A stretch of DNA of 49,624 nt from Verrucomicrobiota bacterium (GTDB lineage: Bacteria; Verrucomicrobiota; Verrucomicrobiia; Opitutales; Seribacteraceae). The DNA lies in the NCBI GenBank assembly GCA_027622665.1, contig JAQBYT010000033.1:1-49624 (forward strand), read 5' to 3'. Of the stretch, positions 36,283 through 46,127 are shown in pieces (position 1 is the first letter of the stretch; each line of letters starts with the position of its first letter). A model generated the notes under the pieces. The model made no database searches and was not told where the DNA came from. It was given only the letters and a program-made list of their open reading frames with translations. A program made the translations under genes and the position numbers.

Positions 36283-37842
36283 TCAGCGACCCGTTCCTTT
36301 CGGCAGGTTGAACGGCTCGAGAAAATCCTGAATCAGGTCCACGATATCCTGATTGAAAATACCGATCAGGAGAACGGCGGCGGCGGAAAGCAAAAGCGGG
36401 ATGAGCATGGAAAGCGGCCCCTCGTCGAAAAAGGTTTCGCTCTCGGGCAGGGCAAGGTCGCCGTGACCGTGACCGATGTTCTCGCCGCTCTCCGTTACGG
36501 CGAGGTGAATCCGCTCGATGAGACGGAAGAAGAGCACCACCATGACCATGGTGGAGAACATGAGGGCCGCCATGTATTCCCAGCGCCCCGCCAGCATGCC
36601 GCCCGTGATCAAGTACCACTTGCTGAAAAACCCACAGGTGGGAGGCAGACCGATGATGGAGAACCCACCCACGAAAAATCCGGCCATGGTAAAGGGCATC
36701 TTGCGGAAAAGCCCGCGCAGACCATCGAAATGGGTAGTCTTCCTCTTTCGCAGAATTATACCTACACCGAGGAAGAGACAGAGAGTCATGCAGGCATCGC
36801 TGATGATGTGAAAAATGGAGCCGATAAAACCATAGTAGTTGTACACCCAAACCCCACCGACCATGTAGCCGACCTCGGCCACAATGAGGTAAGTGAGCAT
36901 TTTCTTAATGTCGCGCTGAGCAAGGGCCATGGTTGCGGCGCACACGATGGCCAAGACCACGAGCCAAGGGATAATTTCCGTCCAGAGCGTGTTCTCAAAG
37001 GAAAAGTCGACTCCGAACACGGTGAGCGTCATCCGTATCATGACGTAGATCATGACCTTGGTTACAAGCGGGGCCAACAGGCAGGAAGTGGCGGTGGGCG
37101 CATGGAAGTAGGCGTTCGGCAACCATGCGTGAAAGGGGAAGAAGGCCATCTTGATCAGCACCCCGAGACAGATGAAGACGAAGGCGACCTGCATGGCGGC
37201 GGAATCGGCCAAACCGTTGGCAGTTATGACCTCCTGAATGCCCACCATATTCAGGGTACCCGTCTTCATGTAGACGTAGCCCACGCCCAACAAGTAGAAG
37301 GATGCCCCGATGGTGCCGAGTATGACGTAGTTGAAAGTAGCCGCCGCCGCTCGGGCCGAACCCATCGCGATGAGACCGTAGCCCGTAAGCGCCGCCACCT
37401 CGATGAGTACGTAAAGGTTGAAGGCGTCGCCCGTCAGGCAAATGCCCGCCAGACCAGTCACTTGAAGCAAAAATAGCGTATAGAACGGACCCTCCTTCTC
37501 GGGAGTCTCCTCGGCAACGGGAAGCTTCGAGTACAAAGCCACGAGAAAGGCCACGCCCACTACTACGAGCATGATGAGGGTTCCGAGGTAATCGGCTCGA
37601 AACTCGATGCCCACGCCGCGCGGATAATCACCGGCGTTCCAGCCACCGAAGAAGTAGGAAACCTCGTTCGCTTCACTGGCGATCACCCTGCGAAAAGTCT
37701 CGATCCCGCCCCACAGGGCGCCTGCAAGAGAAGCCACAGCGATGGGGTGACAAAGGTTGCGAGACTTACGACCCGCCAAGGCGCAGAAAACCGCCCCGAA
37801 CAAGGGAAAGACAAAGATCAAGGCAATGGAATTTTCGCTCAT
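36283..37842 (-). CDS. mrpD: Mrp antiporter subunit D
   Basis: TGDAFNLYVLIE, KMAFFPFHAWLPNAY, KKMLTY, GLPPTCGFFSKW. Confidence 0.9.
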   Translation of the reverse strand: MSENSIALIFVFPLFGAVFCALAGRKSRNLCHPIAVASLAGALWGGIETFRRVIASEANEVSYFFGGWNAGDYPRGVGIEFRADYLGTLIMLVVVGVAFLVALYSKLPVAEETPEKEGPFYTLFLLQVTGLAGICLTGDAFNLYVLIEVAALTGYGLIAMGSARAAAATFNYVILGTIGASFYLLGVGYVYMKTGTLNMVGIQEVITANGLADSAAMQVAFVFICLGVLIKMAFFPFHAWLPNAYFHAPTATSCLLAPLVTKVMIYVMIRMTLTVFGVDFSFENTLWTEIIPWLVVLAIVCAATMALAQRDIKKMLTYLIVAEVGYMVGGVWVYNYYGFIGSIFHIISDACMTLCLFLGVGIILRKRKTTHFDGLRGLFRKMPFTMAGFFVGGFSIIGLPPTCGFFSKWYLITGGMLAGRWEYMAALMFSTMVMVVLFFRLIERIHLAVTESGENIGHGHGDLALPESETFFDEGPLSMLIPLLLSAAAVLLIGIFNQDIVDLIQDFLEPFNLPKGTGR

Positions 37843-37845
37843 CGC

Positions 37846-38457
37846 TTAGGCCTTCTTTGCCTTTCGCTGCGTTGCCTTGACCCGCTTGGGCTTGGTTGAT
37901 AAAAGATCGGGTATTACGGTGGAGGCGTCCTCCGCCCGAATGGCCGCCAAAACGTCGTCCTCCTCAATCGTTCCGAAGGCTCGGTAAATCCGCTGAGTCA
38001 AGGCCAAGGCCACGCCAAGCGTAGCCACGCCCACCACGATGGCTGTAAGCATCAAGACATGCGGAAGGGGATTGGCATAGCCGAACGTCTCCTCGTCGGT
38101 CAAGCTGCGAGGGGCGTGGTGACCGTGGTCCTCCTCATTGGAGACCGCCGCCGTGGTCGCGTTCTCTTCAGTCGCCTCGGTGGCGTTTGCCTCCTCGCGG
38201 TGAGCAGCATGCTCGGCATGATGACCATGCGGATCGTGCTCAGCCACGTAAATGGGAATGGTGCCGCCCTCCTTGACCCCGATCGATACGTAGAACAGGA
38301 TGATTGCCGTCTGGAAGATCGACATCCCGATCAGCTTCTTGATCAGGTTGTTCTTCGCAATCATGGCATAGAGACCGATGAGCAACAGCACCACGTATAC
38401 GCAGTAGTTGAACCGCTCGACAAGCAGCTCGTTCAACAATCCATCTTCGCCAAACAT
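37846..38457 (-). CDS. mrpC: Mrp antiporter subunit C with His/acidic insertion
   Basis: NLIKKLIG..IFQ, NPLPHVLMLTAIVVG, FGTIEED. Confidence 0.92.
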   Translation of the reverse strand: MFGEDGLLNELLVERFNYCVYVVLLLIGLYAMIAKNNLIKKLIGMSIFQTAIILFYVSIGVKEGGTIPIYVAEHDPHGHHAEHAAHREEANATEATEENATTAAVSNEEDHGHHAPRSLTDEETFGYANPLPHVLMLTAIVVGVATLGVALALTQRIYRAFGTIEEDDVLAAIRAEDASTVIPDLLSTKPKRVKATQRKAKKA

Positions 38458-38473
38458 AATGTTTCGACTCGGC

Positions 38474-39232
38474 TCAGAGGCCGCCCGCGAGGCGTCCTCG
38501 CGTGGAAAGGTTAGCGTAGATGGCGAACATCACTGCAGTCACCGTGAAGGCCACCCCGATCTCCACCCCGAGCATGGCGTGGTAGCGGGCCATCTCAGGG
38601 GAAACAGGAAGAACGTGTGAGAGTTCCGCGTAGTCGAGAAACTCCCCGCCAAGCAACATGGATAAAAGGCCAATCCCAGCATAAATCAGGATGCCCACCC
38701 CGGCCAGCATGACGGCCCGGTCTACGGACAACCTCTCCATCGCCTTAGGCAGGTCCCAAGCCAAGGCCACCAGAATGAAACTCGCACCCATGATGACCCC
38801 ACCCTGAAAGCCACCGCCCGGACTGACGTGCCCGTGGGCCAAAACGTAGAAGGCGAACAACTGGATGACGGGCACGAGCAGACGCACCGTGTTGGTCACG
38901 ATCAGGTCAGGCTCGGCCGCAATTTCGTTTTCACGTTTAAGCGCGGGAGCGTCGGCATCGGCGCCGGTTCGCCTAAGGATCCCGATAATGGCTATGCCCG
39001 CGATAAATATCACAACCGTTTCGAACATCGTATCGAAACCCCGATAGTCGGCCAGCACGGCAGTCACCATATTGAGCACCTCGGTATCGACACCCGTGTC
39101 CGCTATGAAATGCTTGGAAACCGGGGATGCGCTGGCGGGCGACTGCAGGTCACCCCAAGCGGGAAAATCCTGCGCCGCATAAAGCAGCAGGGCGCCCGTC
39201 AAAACGGTAACGGCGAGAGCGAGCTTCTTCAT
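38474..39232 (-). CDS. mrpB: Mrp antiporter subunit B (MnhB)
   Basis: NMVTAVLADYRGFDT.FE and HGHVSPGGGFQGG; ATG at 39232 coupled to the upstream TGA. Confidence 0.92.
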   Translation of the reverse strand: MKKLALAVTVLTGALLLYAAQDFPAWGDLQSPASASPVSKHFIADTGVDTEVLNMVTAVLADYRGFDTMFETVVIFIAGIAIIGILRRTGADADAPALKRENEIAAEPDLIVTNTVRLLVPVIQLFAFYVLAHGHVSPGGGFQGGVIMGASFILVALAWDLPKAMERLSVDRAVMLAGVGILIYAGIGLLSMLLGGEFLDYAELSHVLPVSPEMARYHAMLGVEIGVAFTVTAVMFAIYANLSTRGRLAGGL

Positions 39233-39483
39233 CAGTCCGAAGACCTCCTCTTTACGTTGAACACCGTGGCGACCAAGAACACGGCACTCACGCCCGCCCC
39301 GACCGCAGCCTCCGTGAAAGCCACGTCCACGGCACCCATCTCGGCCCATAGCAGGCACATCAGAAAACTGTAAATGCCGAACACCACCGACGCCGTGAGC
39401 AGGTCCTTGAGTCGAAGAGAAATCACAGCAGCCACCACCATGAAGACGAGGATGAACAAATTGAAAAGGGCCAGGCCGGTCAT
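39232..39483 (-). CDS. DUF4040 (MrpA/B-related) small subunit
   Basis: GAVDVAFTEAAVGAG motif; ATG at 39483 overlaps the mrpG stop. Confidence 0.88.
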   Translation of the reverse strand: MTGLALFNLFILVFMVVAAVISLRLKDLLTASVVFGIYSFLMCLLWAEMGAVDVAFTEAAVGAGVSAVFLVATVFNVKRRSSD

Positions 39484-39929
39484 GATTCGACCTCCTTCTT
39501 CGTATTCTTGGACGACGAACCTTTTGTCACCGGTTCGACGCCATCCTCGTAACCGGCTCGCATCAGGGCATGCGTGCTGGTGGGGCTCGTAAGCATAATG
39601 AACAACACGATCGCCAACAGCTTGACCACGAGCAGCCAACCCACCATCGAGAAGTCGTCCAGAGTAATGAGACCGAAACCCAAAAGAATAAGCAGGCTGG
39701 ACAAGGTATCGCCCTTCCCCGCCGCATGCATCCGCGTATAGAAGTCAGGAAAGCGATACAGGCCCACGGCGGCACCGAGGAAAAAGACCAAACCCACGCT
39801 TACCATAACCATCCCACAAACGTCTAGGGCGGATAACCCTGCATGGGTAGTTTTCGCAGAGGCTTCCGCGAGGAAACCGAAGTCAAAAGAAAATCCCCCA
39901 ACAAATGAATCTGCGACGTCCATGCTCAT
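39480..39929 (-). CDS. mrpG: Mrp antiporter subunit G
   Basis: RFPDFYTRMHAAGKGDTL, SPTSTHAL; likely ATG at 39929. Confidence 0.92.
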   Translation of the reverse strand: MSMDVADSFVGGFSFDFGFLAEASAKTTHAGLSALDVCGMVMVSVGLVFFLGAAVGLYRFPDFYTRMHAAGKGDTLSSLLILLGFGLITLDDFSMVGWLLVVKLLAIVLFIMLTSPTSTHALMRAGYEDGVEPVTKGSSSKNTKKEVES

Positions 39930-40252
39930 GAGGCCTTCGCCTTTTTCTTGCGAGGCGTACGACGCTTGGCCGGTTTCCTTTCGGGCGTGGATCGCGTCCG
40001 ATTCAAGTAGCGGGCCACCGCCAGCGAAGCCACGAAGTTGAGCAAGGCATAGGCCAAGGCAAAGTCCACGAACATATCCAGGCGTCCGAACAGGGTCCCG
40101 ATCACCACCAGCAGCACCGCAGTCTTGGTACCGATAACGTTCACCGCCACCAGACGGTCGAAACTGGTTGGTCCCACGGCCACTCGGTAAAGGGCAGGCA
40201 GCATGAGAACAAAAAGGGCCGCTCCCGCAAAAACCGTAAATCCCTCCGTCAT
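39926..40252 (-). CDS. mrpF: Mrp antiporter subunit F
   Basis: YRV..GPT.FDRLVA, VDFALAYALLNF. Confidence 0.92.
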   Translation of the reverse strand: MTEGFTVFAGAALFVLMLPALYRVAVGPTSFDRLVAVNVIGTKTAVLLVVIGTLFGRLDMFVDFALAYALLNFVASLAVARYLNRTRSTPERKPAKRRTPRKKKAKAS

Positions 40253-40746
40253 ACCGCCGCCTCCGGCTCGAAGACCTCGGCCACCCGGCGTTCCATCTCA
40301 CCCGTGGCCAAGTCCTTGGCCGTCGCCTCGCTTATGGCATGAACGAGAAATTGATTTCCGGTGATGCTTATGGTCACCGTCCCCGGCGTAAGGGTAATCG
40401 AATTGGCGAAAACAAACTTGGCGAAATCCGACTTCAACTTCGTCTTGAACTCAACGACTCGAGGAGCAATCTCGGCTTGGCCGGCACCGGTTATCGCCAA
40501 CTTGAACACATGAATGTTAGCCAGCGCAATCTGCCAGAGCAACCAAAGGGCGTAACGTAAGAAGCGAACTGCCTCGACCAAACGATCCCCGGCGCTTTTC
40601 TTGCGGTCCGAAAAGAGCAAATCTTGCGACAGCAGGGTTACGATCAAGGCCGAAAACGCCCCCAAGCCCAAGTGGAACGCATCGAACTTGCCGGAGAAAG
40701 CCACCCAGTTCAGGAAAAGCAATAAGAAGACAAGGACAGGATACAC
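40249..40746 (-). CDS. mrpE: Mrp antiporter subunit E
   Basis: ANSITLTPGTVT, LVHAI; GTG start. Confidence 0.92.
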   Translation of the reverse strand: MYPVLVFLLLFLNWVAFSGKFDAFHLGLGAFSALIVTLLSQDLLFSDRKKSAGDRLVEAVRFLRYALWLLWQIALANIHVFKLAITGAGQAEIAPRVVEFKTKLKSDFAKFVFANSITLTPGTVTISITGNQFLVHAISEATAKDLATGEMERRVAEVFEPEAAV

Positions 40747-40914
40747 GGATGCAAAAGAGGTTGAATTAGAAAAAAAGCATCAAAAAAGAAATTCCAACAA
40801 CCGCAACAATATACCGACGAACGAATAGGACCCGAATGTGGAAAATTAGGGCTGAAAGACCTAGAATCAAAGTTTTGACAAATGGAGTATGCCAAAAAAG
40901 TCATCTTCTCGGCT

Positions 40915-43215
40915 CTAACACGGTTTTATCGTAATTACAATGGACTTGGAGGTGGGTGTGTTGCTTTTTCGAGCGGTGCTATCCAATGGCACCAAAACGT
41001 TTGTCTCCGGAAAATAAGCGGCGGCGCAACCTTTGGGTATGTCGTAGGGGATAGCCAGAAAGAGACGGGCTTCGCGAGTTTCGCCCTTCCAATGACTCGT
41101 GATGTTGACCGGTTGCTCGGCAGACAATCCTCGGTCCGCCATGTCTTGAGCATTGAGAAATATTACGCGGCGTTCGTTCTTAATTCCCCTGTAGCGATCA
41201 TCCATGCCGTAGATGGTTGTGTTGAACTGATCATGGCTACGAATCGTCATGAGCAAGAGCTGATCTTCTTCGAGACGAATTGGCTCTAGAGGATGAATGG
41301 TGAAGGGAACCTTCGATTTTCCGTCTGCAAATACACGTTTCTTAGCGTTGTTGGGTAGATAAAAGCCGCCGGGTTCACTGACGCGCTTTTCGAAATCATC
41401 AAAGCCGGGAACCACCTTTTCTATTCGAGAACGAATGCTGGAATAATCCTCTGCGAAGGTATCCCAAGGTATATTGTCTTTTTTATGGAGAGTCGCCTTT
41501 GCGATGCCTGCGACGATTGCGGGTTCGCTCCGAACCGAATCGGAGATCGGTGACAATTTCCCGCGAGACGAATGAACGACACTCATGGAGTTTTCAACGG
41601 TTACGAACTGGTCGCGATCCTTTTCACTACGACCGAGACAGGGCAAGATAAGGGCTTGCTTACCTGTAACGAGGTGACTGCGATTCAACTTAGTGGAAAC
41701 CTGAACCGTGAGGCGGCATTTTTGCAAACCTTCCGCCACAGCTTTAACGTCGGGCGTAGCCGACAAAAAATTTCCGCCCAAGGCAAAGAAGACTTTAGTC
41801 CTTCCAGCTCTCATCGCCCGAATAGACTCTACGGTATCCATTCCCGTTTCACGAGGGGGATCAAAAGAAAACTCCTTGCCCAAGGCATCGAGAAAAGGGG
41901 TAGGCATATTGGTGGCGATTCCCATCGTGCGGTCACCTTGGACGTTGCTGTGACCGCGAACCGGGCAAAGACCGGCTCCCGGTTTGCCCAAGTTTCCGCA
42001 AAGCAGGTGTAGATTGACCACTTCCTGAATGCAGGCGACAGCCGTCTTGTGCTGGGTGAGTCCCATAGCCCAGCACGAAATGACGGATCCGGCTTCCCAA
42101 TAGGTTCGCGCGGCGGCCTCGATTTCCTCTCGCGTGAGACCACTTTGCGCCACAACTTCGTCCCAAGGAACCTCACCAATTGCTTTTTTCCATTCCTCGA
42201 ACTCGGTGGTGTGGTTCTCGATGAAGGAGTGGTCGAGAACTTCACCCGGTCGGGCTTCTTCCTCCGCGATGATCGCCTTCTGCATTCCCTTGAGCAAGGC
42301 CATGTCTCCGTTTAGGCGGACCTGTAGAAATTGTGAAGTCAATGGGGTAGCCATGCCGAGTAGTCCCCTAGCCTCTTGGGGATGAGCAAAACCGAGGAGA
42401 CCAGCCTCCTTGAGAGGATTCACGGCAACGATCCGACATCCGTTCCGCCGAGCAGTCTGCAAGGAGGACAGCATACGGGGATGGTTGGTGCCGGGGTTTT
42501 GGCCAAAGATAAAAATCGCCTCGGACTTTTCGAAATCATCCAGAGACACCGTACCCTTCCCTATACCAATAGTTGGCTTAAGGGCGGCCCCGCTGGACTC
42601 GTGGCACATGTTAGAACAATCAGGCAAATTGTTCGTTCCAAAGAGACGGACAAACAACTGATACAGGAAAGCCGCTTCGTTTACCGTTCGTCCCGAAGTG
42701 TAAAAAACGGCTTCGTCAGGCGAATCGAGAGTATTCAGCTCATCGGCGACTAGGCGAAACGCCTCATCCCAATCAATGGGCTGGTAATGAGACGCTCCCT
42801 CTCTCAACACGACGGGTTCGGTCAAGCGGCCCTGCAATTCATGCCAATGATCCGATTGAGCCGCAAGTTCCTCGACCGACCACTTCTCAAAAAAAGCGGC
42901 ATCGCAACGATTCTTGTTCGCAGCCTCGGAAGCCACGGCCTTGGCTCCGTTCTCGCAAAACTCAGTCTTTGCCCGATCGCCGTCCGGATCTGGCCATGCA
43001 CAACTCGGGCAATCAAATCCATTCTTCTGGTTCAATCCTATCCAGGATGCCGCCGCCCGGCCAATCCCTGACTCACGAAAGGCGTGCTTGATGGAAGAAG
43101 TCACTGCAGGTAGACCGGCCGCCGACTTCGCGGGGCGACCTCGACGCAGGTCACCCAACTCTTCCGGATTCTCCGGCGAGGCTTTTCCACGAGCTTCCGT
43201 TTCCTTAATTGGCAT
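40915..43215 (-). CDS. FdhF/YdeP-family molybdopterin oxidoreductase
   Basis: NQ..GFDCPSCAWPD, EFCENGAKA, FYTSGR, LPDCSNMCHE, PVRGHSNVQGDR, RSHDQFNTT.YG, NTPTSKS. Confidence 0.95.
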   Translation of the reverse strand: MPIKETEARGKASPENPEELGDLRRGRPAKSAAGLPAVTSSIKHAFRESGIGRAAASWIGLNQKNGFDCPSCAWPDPDGDRAKTEFCENGAKAVASEAANKNRCDAAFFEKWSVEELAAQSDHWHELQGRLTEPVVLREGASHYQPIDWDEAFRLVADELNTLDSPDEAVFYTSGRTVNEAAFLYQLFVRLFGTNNLPDCSNMCHESSGAALKPTIGIGKGTVSLDDFEKSEAIFIFGQNPGTNHPRMLSSLQTARRNGCRIVAVNPLKEAGLLGFAHPQEARGLLGMATPLTSQFLQVRLNGDMALLKGMQKAIIAEEEARPGEVLDHSFIENHTTEFEEWKKAIGEVPWDEVVAQSGLTREEIEAAARTYWEAGSVISCWAMGLTQHKTAVACIQEVVNLHLLCGNLGKPGAGLCPVRGHSNVQGDRTMGIATNMPTPFLDALGKEFSFDPPRETGMDTVESIRAMRAGRTKVFFALGGNFLSATPDVKAVAEGLQKCRLTVQVSTKLNRSHLVTGKQALILPCLGRSEKDRDQFVTVENSMSVVHSSRGKLSPISDSVRSEPAIVAGIAKATLHKKDNIPWDTFAEDYSSIRSRIEKVVPGFDDFEKRVSEPGGFYLPNNAKKRVFADGKSKVPFTIHPLEPIRLEEDQLLLMTIRSHDQFNTTIYGMDDRYRGIKNERRVIFLNAQDMADRGLSAEQPVNITSHWKGETREARLFLAIPYDIPKGCAAAYFPETNVLVPLDSTARKSNTPTSKSIVITIKPC

Positions 43216-43268
43216 CAAACTCAAAAAAGGCGGAAAGGGCAAGAGGAGCAACCCTCAACCATTCAAAT

Positions 43269-43658
43269 TCAGGCTTTCACTTTCCAGTTGTCGTGGTCGA
43301 TGGCCTCGATCAGGTACCCGTTCGGGTCGTTGAAGAAAATGCGCTCGAAAGGAGTTGGGCGTAGAGGCGCCTGGACGGGGATGCCGTAGTCGCGTGGGAG
43401 CTTTTGCTTGATGTCAGCTAATCGTTCGGCTGAAACGAAAAAAGCGAAGTGACGACCATATTCCTTTTCAAAGGGAGAAGCTTCGAAGTCATCTATCCCG
43501 AGAACGTGCATTTGGGCTCCACGCCCGAGATCCAGCCAACGCACCTCTACGTCGACGTTGTCGGGCACGGTGATTTCCTGCCAACCCATAAGGTCGACGA
43601 AGAACTCAACCGTACGGTCGACGTCTCGGGTAGCCATCGTAAAATGTGCGAGACTCAT
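43269..43658 (-). CDS. VOC/glyoxalase-family protein
   Basis: LAHFT, HFAF, FFNDPNGYLIE. Confidence 0.88.
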   Translation of the reverse strand: MSLAHFTMATRDVDRTVEFFVDLMGWQEITVPDNVDVEVRWLDLGRGAQMHVLGIDDFEASPFEKEYGRHFAFFVSAERLADIKQKLPRDYGIPVQAPLRPTPFERIFFNDPNGYLIEAIDHDNWKVKA

Positions 43659-43662
43659 GAAA

Positions 43663-45210
43663 CTATTTTACGCGTATTATGCGAGTGCCCTTGAACTCTC
43701 GGCCGTACATGTCGGTCGTGACAACTTCGATCAGGTGTTGTCCGGAAGACAGTTTCGCAGGTAGTTTGCCTTTCCACAGGTGTTGGGAAACGGTGGCTCC
43801 GTTGACGGCCTGCACCTGCTTGTTCCGGGACTCGAGCTGTTGCATGGCAACGTACCAAGGATCTTTCTCGGGGGTTTGCCGGAGCTCAATCCATTTACTT
43901 TTGGGACCGACGCGCATGCGAACCTTCGATTTGATGGAACCGGCAAAGACGTTCACGTAAACATAGGTATTGGCGAGTTCGGCTTGGGCGACCTCCTCGG
44001 GGGCGTGAACGCGGAGTTGATAATCGGCCGGCTTGCCCGCAGCCTGAAAATCGAAGGTGGCGTTGTGCCCGTCGAAGGTGAGAACGGAATGACCGTTGGG
44101 GGCTCCGTCGCGCATGGTGGCATGAGGAATGCCGCGATGATCCTTGGTCCCACGCCACCAAGAACCCGAAACCGTAACGTTTACGATATGGTGGTGAGGT
44201 TCCTTCCCTTTCCAGCCAGCATGCTTGTCGATGAAGTGATGGGCTTGCCAATGAGTGTGGCCAGAAAGGCTAATCGTGTAGGGTCGGTCCTCGATCAGTC
44301 GAAAAAGATTCTGCCTGTCCTTGGTTATGTTTAGGGGAATATGCATCGATAAAACGACGAGGCGATCTTCGGGCACTCGAGCAAGGTCTTGTTCCACAAA
44401 GGCCAATTGACGAGTCCCGAAGTTGCCCACGTAATGCCGTCTGCCATCGTCCCGACGACTCCACTCGACGTTGTCCAGCACGAGGAAGTGAACCTTTCCG
44501 AAATCAAAGGAGTAATAGGCAGGACCATACACTCGCTCAAAGGTCTCGTCCGAGAAACGATCCTCATCCGCTTCGAAGTTCAAGTCGTGGTTACCAATGA
44601 CATTATACCAAGGAATGCCGATGAGAGCCACCGTCTTGTTGAGGCTGCCGAAGAGAGACAAGTCGTCGAACATGATGTCGCCGAGGGTTACTCCGAACTT
44701 GGCTTTGGTGCCGACGATGCCTTCCACCACGTCGTGGGCAATGTAGTCGATCTCGGTCTGGTCTCTAGGCTGGGGATCACCAAAGAAGATGACGCTGAAC
44801 TTACCGGGTTCTTCCTGTCGGCGAAGTGGAAAGTCGATCGACTCAGGCAGAGGTCCGGTCGGCGCCACACCGGCATGCTTCATACCCTCGGGAGAACCCT
44901 TGGGCTTGTGAACGTAATGAAAACGAGGAAGCATGTCCTTGCTCAAGGGGACCATCCAACCGCTGGGCTTGAGCACAAAATAAATGACGTCTTCCGCAAG
45001 CGGTAAACGCCAATGCCCCTCGGCATCCGTCTCCACTATATTTGAACCGTCCGAAACGCCGACCCCGGAAATCCCCTTTTCGCCCGAGTCGCGCACTTCG
45101 TTGCCGTTCAGATCCTCGAACACAACTCCCTTGGCGAATTCCTCTGCTGAAAGCAAGAAGGGCAGAAACCCGAAAATGGCGACAACGACTTTTTTCATAA
45201 TGACAATCAT
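43663..45210 (-). CDS. Secreted calcineurin-like metallophosphoesterase with N- and C-terminal accessory domains
   Basis: Signal peptide; G.VFED.NGN; GDPQ, LGD, GNHD, HIP, SGHTH. Confidence 0.9.
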   Translation of the reverse strand: MIVIMKKVVVAIFGFLPFLLSAEEFAKGVVFEDLNGNEVRDSGEKGISGVGVSDGSNIVETDAEGHWRLPLAEDVIYFVLKPSGWMVPLSKDMLPRFHYVHKPKGSPEGMKHAGVAPTGPLPESIDFPLRRQEEPGKFSVIFFGDPQPRDQTEIDYIAHDVVEGIVGTKAKFGVTLGDIMFDDLSLFGSLNKTVALIGIPWYNVIGNHDLNFEADEDRFSDETFERVYGPAYYSFDFGKVHFLVLDNVEWSRRDDGRRHYVGNFGTRQLAFVEQDLARVPEDRLVVLSMHIPLNITKDRQNLFRLIEDRPYTISLSGHTHWQAHHFIDKHAGWKGKEPHHHIVNVTVSGSWWRGTKDHRGIPHATMRDGAPNGHSVLTFDGHNATFDFQAAGKPADYQLRVHAPEEVAQAELANTYVYVNVFAGSIKSKVRMRVGPKSKWIELRQTPEKDPWYVAMQQLESRNKQVQAVNGATVSQHLWKGKLPAKLSSGQHLIEVVTTDMYGREFKGTRIIRVK

Positions 45211-46064
45211 TTAGGTAGGGCTTTAGCAGGGAAGCGAATGGCAACGTCAAGCGACTTGCGGGAACCGGAGACCCATTGCTTCTTCACGAAATCATAAGGC
45301 ATGGCAAGCAGACGATCGGAAGTTATACGAAAAACCGTGAATTCCGTAAACTTGGACTTCGGTGAAGGAAGCTGCACGAAATTCAGGCCGCGATACCTGT
45401 TAACGCTTGAATAATGGTAATGACCACCGAGCACGAGAACGACGTTGGCGTCGCCGATTGCTTCCACCAATTCGTCCCGATTGGTCATGGCGTCGTGACA
45501 GAGGTGGGTGAACAAGATTACGGGTTGTCCATCGGTCGTCTTCGCCAACTGCTCCCGAAGATAGTTCAAGGCTTCTTTCGTCAGGGGCTGAAACGGTTTG
45601 CCGCGAGGATCGAACTTGGACCACAGGGCAATGAACTTTACGCCAAACGATTCGAAAACGTAGCTCAGGCCACCATGCCGCTTCTTCGACCAGTTGAGCA
45701 TGGTCGGCGAAAAGGCGCGACCGCCGTCGTCATGGTTGCCTAGGACGTCGTAAGCCTTCCACTTCAAATTGTTCTTGAGCAAGTAATCGTACCCTCGCAT
45801 GGCGGCGTTGGTCGGCCACTCGGTGACGTCGCCAGCACCGATCACGAATGCCGGTTCAGCCACATTGCCAGATAACTTGTCAGGGTAAGGCGTTCCCGGC
45901 ATTTGATTCATTGCCGCGACAAACGGGAGTAACCTAGTAACGTTTCCGTCCGTCTTCACGTGCTGATCGGACCACCCGAAAAAGGTCAGGGAATCGGCAT
46001 CGGTTTGAGCCGATAAATGACTGGCGAAAAGAAAAAGCGAAAGGAACAGGGAAGACGGTCTCAA
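45207..46064 (-). CDS. Secreted metallophosphoesterase
   Basis: Signal peptide; SDQH, AGDVTE, GNHD, GGHYH. Confidence 0.88.
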   Translation of the reverse strand: MRPSSLFLSLFLFASHLSAQTDADSLTFFGWSDQHVKTDGNVTRLLPFVAAMNQMPGTPYPDKLSGNVAEPAFVIGAGDVTEWPTNAAMRGYDYLLKNNLKWKAYDVLGNHDDGGRAFSPTMLNWSKKRHGGLSYVFESFGVKFIALWSKFDPRGKPFQPLTKEALNYLREQLAKTTDGQPVILFTHLCHDAMTNRDELVEAIGDANVVLVLGGHYHYSSVNRYRGLNFVQLPSPKSKFTEFTVFRITSDRLLAMPYDFVKKQWVSGSRKSLDVAIRFPAKALPK

Positions 46065-46127
46065 GATAGAAAAGGTTGGAGAATAGGATGTTTATACCTG
46101 CTTCAAATGGAGGAAGTTAAAACATAG

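Noticed and set aside
36091..37476. 461-aa plus-strand ORF (also 25111-26100, 30732-31697, 27959-28570)
   Set aside because: Antisense shadows of conserved high-GC genes; no family motifs.
40747..40914. Na+/Li+ riboswitch upstream of mrpE
   Set aside because: Only a weak stem and a U-tract; could not match known consensus motifs by eye. Needs cmscan.
9542..43251. Long N-terminal extensions in ORF-track calls (acetyltransferase, epimerase, SLBB, wzi, purS, mrpB, mrpG, fdhF)
   Set aside because: Several overlap upstream genes or promoters; downstream starts give normal stop/start coupling, signal peptides or family lengths.
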